Part shown: positions 17,834-26,376 of the stretch, one piece after another | How the letters are laid out: each line of letters opens with the position of its first letter | Position numbering within the stretch: position 1 is the stretch's first letter | Assembly (NCBI GenBank): GCA_965248925.1 | Contig: CBDFLE010000006.1 | Coordinates: forward strand, 2,912,001 to 2,976,000 | Reading direction: 5' to 3' | Source: Candidatus Multivoradales bacterium | GTDB lineage: Bacteria > Acidobacteriota > Thermoanaerobaculia > Multivoradales > J023 | DNA: 64,000 bases | Notes under the pieces: generated by a model | What the model was told of the DNA's origin: nothing | Database searches by the model: none | The model's input: the letters and a program-made list of their open reading frames with translations, nothing else | Program-made: the position numbers and the translations under genes

Positions 17834-18564
17834 GAGCCGCCCTCTACCACCGCACCAGCGTTGCCGACCAGGCGCTCGGTGCTCCGACATCTGATGGCCT
17901 CGACCGTCTGCGCCGGCACGCCACCACCCAAGGCTGGACGGTGGTTACCGAGCTGTACGATCGACTGGTCACCCACAATCAGGTGCGCCCAAAGTGGCGT
18001 GAGCTGCGCGAGATCGTGTCTGCCGGCACGATCGAGCTAATAGCGGTGACCAGCCTGTGCCGACTCTTCCCATCGCCCGTGCTACTCGTACAACAAGGGT
18101 GGGAATGGGTCGAGTCGGGGGTGGCCATCGTCAGCCTCGAGGACTGCCTCAACACAACTACAGAGCCCGACGCCAGAGTCTGGCGCCGTAGCCTGCAGAT
18201 GCTAGAGCGTTACCGGGTCGAACGGCACGGCGAAGCTACCCGCGTCGGCGCCATTCGCGCCCAGGCAGCCGCCGGCGGATCGCCCATCGGTGGTCGGCCG
18301 ATGGCCGCCGTCGATCGGCTCGAGCTGGCCGACCTGTACCGCAAGGGTCTCAGCTACCGCGACATGCATGCCGAGATTCGGCGCCGCAGCGGCGGCGAGT
18401 CCTACGGCTATACGACGATGGTCAAGCACCTGCACCTGATGAGGGATGACGGCGTGCTCGACTCGGCAGGGAGGCTTGCCTCTCAGGCCACGACGCCTCT
18501 CAAACGAGGTGGACGTCCGCGAAAATCTTCAAAACCCGGTCTTTTACAAGCTCCAACCCATTAA
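17830..18564 (+). CDS. Serine recombinase (resolvase/invertase) family protein with a degenerate active site
   Basis: MRAALYHRTS..DQ, RP, GVAIVSL, GGRP and a C-terminal HTH. The DRLxR motif is replaced by CRLFP. Confidence 0.8.
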   Translation: MRAALYHRTSVADQALGAPTSDGLDRLRRHATTQGWTVVTELYDRLVTHNQVRPKWRELREIVSAGTIELIAVTSLCRLFPSPVLLVQQGWEWVESGVAIVSLEDCLNTTTEPDARVWRRSLQMLERYRVERHGEATRVGAIRAQAAAGGSPIGGRPMAAVDRLELADLYRKGLSYRDMHAEIRRRSGGESYGYTTMVKHLHLMRDDGVLDSAGRLASQATTPLKRGGRPRKSSKPGLLQAPTH

Positions 18565-18582
18565 CCGGGTTTCGAGGGTTAC

Positions 18583-19476
18583 ATGGCATACGGAAAAATC
18601 CATGAGGGCTTTTGGACCGGGGAGACCGGCAGGGCCATCACGAGGGCGGGCCCCGAAGCGCGGGTTGTGGCTGCCTATCTGGTGAGCCCGCCTGGAGGCG
18701 GGTCGATGGTGGGGGTTTACCGCTTGCCACTACCAACGCTCGCCTACGACATCGGCATCGACATCGCAGCCGCAGAAGCCGCGCTCGAGCAACTCGAGCA
18801 ACTCGGCTTCTGCGAAGTCGATCGCGAGACCGACCACGTCTTCGTCTGCTCGATGCCTGCGGCTCGCAACGGAGCCGAACTCAAGCCAGGCGACAAGCGG
18901 GTGCCACGAATTCGGAAGCTGCTGGACGAGCTGCAGTCAGCGACGCTACGCCGCTCATTCTTACTTCGCTATGGCGCAGCCTACAATTGCGCCTTCGATG
19001 GGGCATCCGATGCCCCATGCAACGCCCCATCGCATGCCCCTTCGATGCATGCAGATGCAGATGCAGATGTAGTAGATCCTGATGGATCTACTGTCGCGAT
19101 CAAGCGCAGCAAGCGCAGCAAGCGCAAACTCAGCCGATCTCAGCAAGATATCGAAGTGCTGCTCAAGGTGTGGGACGTCGCCGAATTCGAGCGACCTTCG
19201 CCGCAAGAAATCCCTCGCCTGGCCAGAGTCCTCAAGGCCTACCGCCAGGCCAGGGGCAACGATGGCCTCGACCTGATGGTCCACGACCTACAGACCTCGG
19301 TCCGGCTCGGCCATCTCGAGCGGGGCTTGAGCTACGTGCAGGTGGTACTGACCAACCGTGTCAAGACCGGCTCAATGGGCACCGGCAGCACTCAACGGCC
19401 ACCTCAAGGCACGGCCCGTACCGCTGGAGCCAACACCGCCACCGGCAAGGCCTTCGACCGATTGGGGAGCGGCTGA
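18583..19476 (+). CDS. Phage replication initiator protein
   Basis: MAYGKIHEGFWT...YL.SP....GVYRLP...YDIG...L..L...F (wHTH). Has an internal repeat linker and precedes a DnaC-like ATPase. Confidence 0.75.
   Translation: MAYGKIHEGFWTGETGRAITRAGPEARVVAAYLVSPPGGGSMVGVYRLPLPTLAYDIGIDIAAAEAALEQLEQLGFCEVDRETDHVFVCSMPAARNGAELKPGDKRVPRIRKLLDELQSATLRRSFLLRYGAAYNCAFDGASDAPCNAPSHAPSMHADADADVVDPDGSTVAIKRSKRSKRKLSRSQQDIEVLLKVWDVAEFERPSPQEIPRLARVLKAYRQARGNDGLDLMVHDLQTSVRLGHLERGLSYVQVVLTNRVKTGSMGTGSTQRPPQGTARTAGANTATGKAFDRLGSG
18995..19092. promoter_or_regulatory. Putative phage replication origin (iterons) inside the initiator gene
   Basis: ATGGGGCATC-C-GATGCCCCAT palindrome (18998-19018), further GCCCCATCG/GCCCCTTCG copies, a (GATGCA)n run and the IR AGTAGATCC-N4-GGATCTACT. 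Confidence 0.6.
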
Positions 19477-20183
19477 TGCTCGCCCTCCGCCTGACCTCGG
19501 CTGACTGGCCAACATGGCCCTGCCCCAGCTGCCACGAGATGCTCACTGCCGCCACCGAGCCCGCTGGCGATCGCTGCTGCGTAGCCTGCGCCGGGGCCAA
19601 TCGCGCCGCCGATCTGGCTAGTTTCCAGCAGCCAAGGAGCACCGAGGTGCTGGCCAGCGCTGGCGTGCCAGACGAGTTTCGCAAAAAGTTCGATCCCGCC
19701 CGCCTCCCAGGCGGCCGCTGGCCTCGACATCCCAAGAGCCACTGCGCCGAGCGCCACCAGGTCGATCTGGCCAACTGGCAAGGCGATCCCTGGTCCGTGC
19801 TGCTCTGGGGGGACGTAGGCACCGGCAAGACGATGCTCGCCGTGGAATTACTTCGCCGCCTGGCCACCCACGGCGCCCGGCCAGTTCGCTGGATACGAGC
19901 CAGCCAGATCGTCGAGGCAGTATTCGCCCGACGTCTCCAGCTCGAGCACCTCGCCAACCTCCCCGGCCTCGTCGTCGACGACATCGCCCGCGGCTACACC
20001 GCCGACGCCGCCCACCACCTGATCGCCGATCTCATCGCTCGCCGCCACCAACATCACAAGCCAACCCTCTGGACCACAAACCTCACCCCAAAAGCGCTCT
20101 ACCAGCTGATCCCAGACGCCGCCGACCGCCTCCGCCACCACGGTCTGGTAGTGCCGATGCGCGGGGAGAGCCTGCGCAGATGA
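19476..20183 (+). CDS. DnaC/IstB-like helicase loader ATPase
   Basis: CPSC..CVAC Zn motif, LLWGDVGTGKT, LVVDD, TTNL and DRLR. Confidence 0.88.
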   Translation: MLALRLTSADWPTWPCPSCHEMLTAATEPAGDRCCVACAGANRAADLASFQQPRSTEVLASAGVPDEFRKKFDPARLPGGRWPRHPKSHCAERHQVDLANWQGDPWSVLLWGDVGTGKTMLAVELLRRLATHGARPVRWIRASQIVEAVFARRLQLEHLANLPGLVVDDIARGYTADAAHHLIADLIARRHQHHKPTLWTTNLTPKALYQLIPDAADRLRHHGLVVPMRGESLRR

Positions 20184-20980
20184 GTGGGGGTTGGACAATG
20201 GGTATGGCCCGCCGCCTGGCCGAGCTTTGCGGTGGGCGCCCTGCCGCCGTGGAGACCGCCGACCTGGCGGTCCTCGACCAACAATTTCCAGACGTGCTGC
20301 GGGCGCTTGAAGCGCTAGCCAAGATGGGCCGCAAAGTGTGGTCAGACTCCGAATCCCGCCTGATTGCTCGGCTCTACCCCACTACCGACACTTTCGAACT
20401 GGCCCGCCAGGTGGGAGTCTCGCCTTTTCAGCTCTACCGACGAGCATCGTGGTTGGGGCTCGCCAAATCGGCGCCCTTCCGCCGGGAATTAGCCCGACAA
20501 TGCGGTGAGCGGCTCAAACTCGTCGGCGCCTCGACCAGATACCCACCGGGACACTCCCCGGCAAACAAGGGCGTCAAAGGATGGCAAGCGGGCGGCAGAT
20601 CCAGAGCAACCCAATTCAAAATGGGACACCGCCCCCAAACCTACCGGCCCATCGGTTCGGTAACGACAGATCGCGACGGCTACCTCAAGATCAAGGTCAG
20701 TGACGAGGGCAAGCAGGTCGAGAGATGGAGATTCGCCCACGTACTGGCCTGGGAAAGGTCCACAGGTCGACTAGTGCCCAAGGGGCATGCGGTGGTTTTT
20801 CGAGATAGCGACAAGGCCAACGTCGAACCGTCGAATCTCGAACTCGTAAGCCGCGCAGAACTCATGCGTCGCAACACAATTCACAACCTGCCCGAGCCGA
20901 TCAAAAGGGTGTTATTCGCGAAGTCCAGGCTCACCCGAGTTATCCGCGAAAAGGAACGGTCCCAAAATGCCAAAACGTAA
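20180..20980 (+). CDS. HNH endonuclease (phage type; start uncertain)
   Basis: P.NKG, TQFKMG, DGYLKIKV, H...WE...G.VPKGH.V.F.D....N....NLELVSR. Confidence 0.85.
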   Translation: MSGGWTMGMARRLAELCGGRPAAVETADLAVLDQQFPDVLRALEALAKMGRKVWSDSESRLIARLYPTTDTFELARQVGVSPFQLYRRASWLGLAKSAPFRRELARQCGERLKLVGASTRYPPGHSPANKGVKGWQAGGRSRATQFKMGHRPQTYRPIGSVTTDRDGYLKIKVSDEGKQVERWRFAHVLAWERSTGRLVPKGHAVVFRDSDKANVEPSNLELVSRAELMRRNTIHNLPEPIKRVLFAKSRLTRVIREKERSQNAKT

Positions 20981-21209
20981 TTCGATGGAAGATCTGCGCG
21001 ACCACCTATTTGAAGCCCTGGAGCGGCTGAAGGAAGCTGGACCACACGTCCTCGGTGAGGAGATCGAGCGATCGAAGGCGATCGCTGCAGTCACCACCCA
21101 GCTTGTCGATACGGCAAAGGTCGAATTGAGCTTCCACAAGTTAACCGCCGAGTCCGTCGTCGAAACTACTGCCTCGCGACTTCTCGCCGCGAGCGACCAA
21201 GCCGAATGA
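20967..21209 (+). CDS. Hypothetical phage protein, commonly paired with this HNH type
   Basis: N.MEDLRDHLFEALERL...EIERSKAI. Confidence 0.75.
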   Translation: MPKRNSMEDLRDHLFEALERLKEAGPHVLGEEIERSKAIAAVTTQLVDTAKVELSFHKLTAESVVETTASRLLAASDQAE

Positions 21210-22531
21210 GCCGGTCCCCACCCTGGAGCGAGGAGTGCGAGCGGGCCGTGCTGGGCTCGATCGTGCTCCATCCACCGGCTCTGCTTGAGGTCGCTGACCG
21301 GCTGCGACCTGATGCCTTCTACCTCGAGCGCCACCGCATCCTCTACCAGACGATGCTCGACCTGCAGGCTGCGGGTATCGAGATAGACCTGCGCACTCTG
21401 CAGGCGCGTCTCGAGGTGAGTGGGAAGTTTGATCAGATCGGCGGACTGGCCTTTGTCGCAACCCTCGATGACTCTTTGCCCGAGTTGGGGCGTATTCGCA
21501 CCTACGCCGATACGGTGATTGACCGTGCCTTGCGCCGGCAGCTCGCTGACAGCTGCGACCAAATCCGGAGCCTCGCCAACGACTCAGAGCACTCTGGCGC
21601 CGAGGCCCTCGCCGCCAGCGAAGAGCTGCTCTTCGAGCTCGGGCAGTCCAGCCTCCGCACCGATATTTGCTCTCTAGCAGAGGCCTACACCTCGACCATT
21701 GAGCGCCTAGAGCAGCGCTCAGAAGGCATGCTCGGCCTCCGAACCGGCTTCTATGACTGGGACCGTATGACCTTGGGCCTAGTCGGCGGCAACCTGGTGG
21801 TCATCGCCGGGCGCCCAGGATCGGGCAAGACCTGTTTCGCCCTCAACGTGGCGCAGCACGTTGCCTTCCGTGCCGATGGCAAAGTGCTGCTCTTCAGCGT
21901 CGAGATGGACGCTGAAGAACTGACCTTGCGTTTGCTCTCCAGCGAAGCGCAGGTGCCGTTCAAAGCGGTGCGAGCCGCGCGGATGTCCGAACTGCAATGG
22001 GAGCGCGTCCACGGCCACATGCAGCGCACCCAACACGCCAGCCTGTCGATCGACGCCACCCCGGCCCCCACCGTAGCCGAGATTGCCGCCAAAGCCCGCC
22101 GCCACCAGCGCCGGCACGGCCTCGACCTGCTGGTAATCGACTACCTCCAGCTCCTCGAGGGCAACAACCCTCGAAACCGGAACCTAGAAATCAGCGCGAT
22201 GACCCGAGCGCTCAAGCGCCTTGCCAAAGAACTCCGTGTGCCGATAATGCTCCTCAGCCAGCTCAGCCGTCAAACCGAGCGCCGTACCGGCAACCATCGA
22301 CCCCAGCTCGCCGACCTCCGCGACAGCGGCTCCATCGAGCAAGACGCGGATATGGTCTGCTTCATCTACCGCGACGAGCTCTACAACAAAGACGACCCCA
22401 GCAACAAGGGTCTAGCCGAGCTCATAGTGAGTAAGCAAAGAAACGGCGAAACAGGGACGGTGCCGCTAGTTTTTGTTGGCGAAATGGTGACCTTCAGAAG
22501 CTTCGATCGCCGTGGTTCGTCTCCGTTCTGA
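21206..22531 (+). CDS. dnaB: Replicative DNA helicase (phage-encoded)
   Basis: IAGRPGSGKT, FSVEM, IDYLQL, LSQLSR and DLRDSGSIEQDAD. Confidence 0.95.
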   Translation: MSRSPPWSEECERAVLGSIVLHPPALLEVADRLRPDAFYLERHRILYQTMLDLQAAGIEIDLRTLQARLEVSGKFDQIGGLAFVATLDDSLPELGRIRTYADTVIDRALRRQLADSCDQIRSLANDSEHSGAEALAASEELLFELGQSSLRTDICSLAEAYTSTIERLEQRSEGMLGLRTGFYDWDRMTLGLVGGNLVVIAGRPGSGKTCFALNVAQHVAFRADGKVLLFSVEMDAEELTLRLLSSEAQVPFKAVRAARMSELQWERVHGHMQRTQHASLSIDATPAPTVAEIAAKARRHQRRHGLDLLVIDYLQLLEGNNPRNRNLEISAMTRALKRLAKELRVPIMLLSQLSRQTERRTGNHRPQLADLRDSGSIEQDADMVCFIYRDELYNKDDPSNKGLAELIVSKQRNGETGTVPLVFVGEMVTFRSFDRRGSSPF

Positions 22532-22936
22532 GGCTAGCCGAAGCTCCTTCTGAAGACGCGTGGCGAGTCGCCGCAAGCGACAGTAATTGCCGCTGCCGCC
22601 GCGGGACTGCTTGATCCGGGCCACTATGACGGTCAACAGTCCATCGCGGTCGACCCCTACAACTCGCTCAGGGTCGAGCAGGTCGTTCGAGCTTTTCCAG
22701 GATCTGCCGTCCGACGTGATCAGCAGATCGACTTGCCGGTTGAGTTCGAACGCCGACAATGCCCAATGGCGGCTGCCGATCCTGATCCCCGCGTCTCTGG
22801 ATAGCGCCTGCAGATCACCCAGCAGCGGACCCGTCAGAGGATCACGCCCGATCAGATACCAAGCCAGACGCTGCACACCGGCTTCCTCTGCTACCAGCAG
22901 CAAACTCACAATCTGTTTGAGTTTGGGCGGCTTCAA
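22466..22936 (-). CDS. Hypothetical protein
   Basis: AGGAG upstream of a TTG start. Overlaps the dnaB 3' end. Confidence 0.4.
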   Translation of the reverse strand: MKPPKLKQIVSLLLVAEEAGVQRLAWYLIGRDPLTGPLLGDLQALSRDAGIRIGSRHWALSAFELNRQVDLLITSDGRSWKSSNDLLDPERVVGVDRDGLLTVIVARIKQSRGGSGNYCRLRRLATRLQKELRLASERRRTTAIEASEGHHFANKN

Positions 22937-23028
22937 CCTTTCGTCTCCTATGGGGTGGGAGACGAATATTAGAGTCCTTTGTACCCAACTGTCAATGTTG
23001 TCATGCAGGATTTGGGTAGCTTAGTGAC

Positions 23029-23214
23029 ATGGCAGCAAGAATTGGACCGCGCGGCGGCAAAACCACAGTGACCAAGAGCGGTTTGATCCGCACCGTGGTC
23101 TATCTGCACGCCGACGAGCGGCGCGCGCTCAAGCTAGCTGCTGTCGATCGCGAATGCTCAGGCAGCGACATCATGCGCCAAGCACTGCGCGACCACCTTG
23201 GCCTCGAAGACTGA
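23029..23214 (+). CDS. Ribbon-helix-helix (CopG-like) protein
   Basis: RTVVYLHADERRALKLAA...S.SDIMRQALRDHL. Confidence 0.75.
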   Translation: MAARIGPRGGKTTVTKSGLIRTVVYLHADERRALKLAAVDRECSGSDIMRQALRDHLGLED

Positions 23215-23835
23215 TCAGATCTCAAGCGGCGGCCGATCAGCGGCCGCCGCCAGGTGCTGCTCGGGGTGCAGCTCATGCAGGTAGATCATCGTAGTGAGCG
23301 GACTACTGTGTCCGAGCATTGCGGTAATAGTGGCCAGAGTTTTGCCCTCGGCGTGCAGTTCGGAGGCGTAGCAGTGACGTAGCAGGTGCGGGTTGACCCG
23401 CTTCTTAATGCCGACCGCTTTCGCCCGCCGGCACAACATCGCCCGCACCGCCTGCTGAGACATCTCCCTGCCCGGGCGAAGTTGGCCTCGGCTGATGGTA
23501 CAGATCAAAGGGGAGCCCGCCGGCATGCCCTGATCTCGCCGCCGATCGATCCATCGTCGCACCAACTCTAGCGCCCCTCCATCCAAGCGCACCACGCGGC
23601 GGCGGGCACCCTTACCCCGATGGACAGTCACATCGCCTGTCGTGCAGGCGACGTCGCGCGGCAGCAGGGCAAGGGCCTCGGCCAGGCGCAGACCGCCGCG
23701 GTAGAGCAGCACAATCAGAGCCGTATCGCGCACCCCCGCCAGGCCCCGTGCGCGGTAGGCATGGCCGATCAGCGCGCGAGCCTCCTCGGCGGTGAGCAGC
23801 TCGACCTTCCTTTTTCGTTTGTCCATATAGGGCAC
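23215..23835 (-). CDS. Tyrosine recombinase, catalytic domain only (FimB/resolvase-sized)
   Basis: RDTALI.LL..GGLRLAEA, GKG, HLLRH, LGHS and TMIY. GAGG RBS. Confidence 0.92.
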   Translation of the reverse strand: MPYMDKRKRKVELLTAEEARALIGHAYRARGLAGVRDTALIVLLYRGGLRLAEALALLPRDVACTTGDVTVHRGKGARRRVVRLDGGALELVRRWIDRRRDQGMPAGSPLICTISRGQLRPGREMSQQAVRAMLCRRAKAVGIKKRVNPHLLRHCYASELHAEGKTLATITAMLGHSSPLTTMIYLHELHPEQHLAAAADRPPLEI

Positions 23836-23984
23836 CTCAATTTTCGAGCCCCAGACCGAAGGCGGTTCTGAGGAGGGGGGGGTGGTTAGGATTCTGGCGA
23901 CGGCTGGCGACCGGTTGAACGGTTACGCAAAGCTCACTGAGTGGTGTAATCAGCTGAGTCTTGTGCGGTGTCTCGTTCCGCATC

Positions 23985-24059
23985 AATAGTTGCTACTATC
24001 TCCAATTAGAGCAACTATATAGTACTACTCTTGGTCTGCTTCGTCTATTCGCAACTATT
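23985..24059. repeat. Inverted repeats, candidate recombinase binding sites
   Basis: ATAGTTGCT (23986) with AGCAACTAT (24010), and a third half-site GCAACTATT (24051), in an AT-rich patch. Confidence 0.6.
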
Positions 24060-24586
24060 ACGCGATTTAATTTCGTTTGGTCACGATGATCGGGACTACC
24101 GTTTTGCGACCGCTCAATGATGGGGCATCGATGGGGCATCAAAGCCAGGCGCGACGGGGTTTGGCAGGGTCGCTCGAATTTCGTTCGGCGACTAGTCCGC
24201 CGTCCGGCAGGGCAGCCAAGACGGTATTGACTTGATCTAAGTTACTGATTCTACAAGGGTCATACCAGCGGCAATGCGACGAATACTGACCGGACAGAAT
24301 AGGATTTCTGGAAGGTCAGGGCATGAGCTGTGGACTGGGCAGCTCTTGAGCCAGAGTTGCAGAAGTCTGAGAGGTAGCGCTGTCGTGGTGCAGAGCCGCT
24401 GAGTCCTGTCATCGACGGGTGCCGCACCGGCTCTGAGCAGATGCTTGAGAGTGGTGTCCGAACCACTATCACAGGTGAGTCATAGGGCGTGCCGCTCGAC
24501 ATGAGCAGTCTTGATAATCAAGGCCATTGCTCCGATCGACTCCAACCCATTTGGGCAGGATGCCGCAGAAGGGCTAACCCCCCCGG

Positions 24587-25558
24587 CTAGGGTTGGGCAA
24601 TGGACTCGAGTAGCTCATGGGCCAGGTGCCGCCGAACTCGTCGACGGCGTTTCAACGGATGCTTGTGCTGCCACAGTCGCTGGGCGCTGGCGTCGGTGGC
24701 GTGGGCATAGCGCATTGTCGTCTTCACATCTCGATGGCGCATCCAGCTCTGTATCTCTTTGATCGGCCAGCCGTCCTGCGACAATTGGGTCGCCAGGCTA
24801 TGCCGCAAGGCATGGAAGCTCAGCCGCCGACCGCGCGGCTCGATCTCCGCCCGAGTGGCCGCCCGCCGAAAGATCTCCGCCGCCGCTCCCCGGCCAAGGT
24901 GACCCCCCCGGTAGGAGGGGAACAACCAAGGCCCCCCCGGTAGGCGAGACCGAAACGAGGCCAGGTAAGCGGCCAGCATGCGACCTACTTGGACGTCGAA
25001 GATCGGGCGCCGAAGATCTCCACGCGCCCGCTTGCCAGCCAACAGCACCGAGTAGCCACGTTCATCGCGACCGATCTCATCGAGCCGCAACTCTCCGGGT
25101 TCGCTCGCCCTCAGGCCGAGGTGATAGCTGATCGCCAGCACCATCTGGTCGCGGGCCGCCAGTACGTCTGACGGCAGCGTGCCAGGGCGCCCCCCGAAGC
25201 ACAGCCGAAGGACTTCTGCTCGGGTCAAGTGCGGGGCTTCCGTCTGGTAGACCCTCGGCGCTCGCAGGTCCTTCGCCGGCGACCTACCGATCACCCCACG
25301 CAGAGCGAGAAACTCGCAGAAGCTGCGAATGGCTGACACCCCCCCGGCTCTAGTCGAGCTGGCAGCCCCGGCCACGTAGAGATTTCGCAGATGGTTGTCG
25401 AGGTTGACAGCGTCGAGACTGGCCCAACCGCCGATCTCCTGATCCTCGGCCAGGTGGACAACCGCTCGACGGTACCGGGCAAGAGTTGAAGGAGCCAAAC
25501 CTCGTACTGCCGCCAGGTGGGCCAACCAATCGTCAATCTGCGGATCTGCGCGTTTCAT
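24587..25558 (-). CDS. XerC/XerD-like tyrosine recombinase
   Basis: N-terminal core-binding domain (RGLAPSTLARY...SAIRSF..FL), GLRASE, GK, HALRH, MRH and TMRY. Confidence 0.92.
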   Translation of the reverse strand: MKRADPQIDDWLAHLAAVRGLAPSTLARYRRAVVHLAEDQEIGGWASLDAVNLDNHLRNLYVAGAASSTRAGGVSAIRSFCEFLALRGVIGRSPAKDLRAPRVYQTEAPHLTRAEVLRLCFGGRPGTLPSDVLAARDQMVLAISYHLGLRASEPGELRLDEIGRDERGYSVLLAGKRARGDLRRPIFDVQVGRMLAAYLASFRSRLPGGPWLFPSYRGGHLGRGAAAEIFRRAATRAEIEPRGRRLSFHALRHSLATQLSQDGWPIKEIQSWMRHRDVKTTMRYAHATDASAQRLWQHKHPLKRRRRVRRHLAHELLESIAQP

Positions 25559-25761
25559 GGGGTTCGAGTCTATATATTCGCCCTGGCGGTTCGGCAAAAA
25601 GTAAGGGTTTAGACCTTACTCGAAAAACCTCCAGCAGAACACACAAACCCCTGAAAACTAAAGACTTGTTGGCTCCTGATCCTCCCCGCCGGCTTGGCAT
25701 CGCTTGACATCCCTGCTATCGATCTCGTGTAGGCGGAGCCTCTCTCCGCCCCCCGATACCG

Positions 25762-26376
25762 GTGAGCGATGACCTCAAGAAGCCCAAAAAGCGCGGCCGC
25801 CCCAAAGGCCCGTGCAGCCCGGCCGAGCTGGCCCAGCGCCGCGGCGCCGCCTGGAAGCACGGCAGCCGAGCGTCGACTGCCTTACGGCAAACCGTCCACC
25901 CTTGCCGCGACGACCTCTGCCCGCTCGGCGACCGTGAGGCATGCACTATGAAAGACGCCGTCGAGGCCCGCGGCGGCGCCATGGAGACCTGCCTGCCCCG
26001 GCTCAAGCTCGATCCCCACATCGAGGCCGCCTACCGCCAGGCTTTGGTCGATGGCGACGACCAAGCCCTGCGCGCCTTGGTTGTGCAGTCAGTCGCCGGT
26101 CTGCACGGACTGCACTTCCAGGAGCTGGCGCAGGTGGTCACCGAAGGACTTGCCATCGAAGAAGATCTCTACGGCAAAGATGGCGATCTCCTCGGCACAC
26201 GCAAAGTGGCCAACCCCCGGGCCTACTCCCTTCTGGAGCTGGGAAAGCAGCTCGGCCTCACCGCCGACCAGCAAGCCATTACCCCCAAGAGCCGCGGCGA
26301 GACGCAGCGTGATGTTTCGGTCAGCAAGACCCTCGACCATGTACGGCGGCTGCGCCAGATGGAGAACGCGTCGTGA
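25762..26376 (+). CDS. Probable terminase small subunit
   Basis: AWKHG motif and ANP...LGLT. Directly upstream of terL. Confidence 0.65.
   Translation: MSDDLKKPKKRGRPKGPCSPAELAQRRGAAWKHGSRASTALRQTVHPCRDDLCPLGDREACTMKDAVEARGGAMETCLPRLKLDPHIEAAYRQALVDGDDQALRALVVQSVAGLHGLHFQELAQVVTEGLAIEEDLYGKDGDLLGTRKVANPRAYSLLELGKQLGLTADQQAITPKSRGETQRDVSVSKTLDHVRRLRQMENAS

Noticed and set aside
19476-20183. A further IS21 istB gene
   Set aside because: No adjacent istA. It lies between the initiator and dnaB, so it is a helicase loader.
21206-22531. Host chromosomal dnaB marking the prophage end
   Set aside because: It is coupled to phage genes upstream and followed by the terminase and structural modules.
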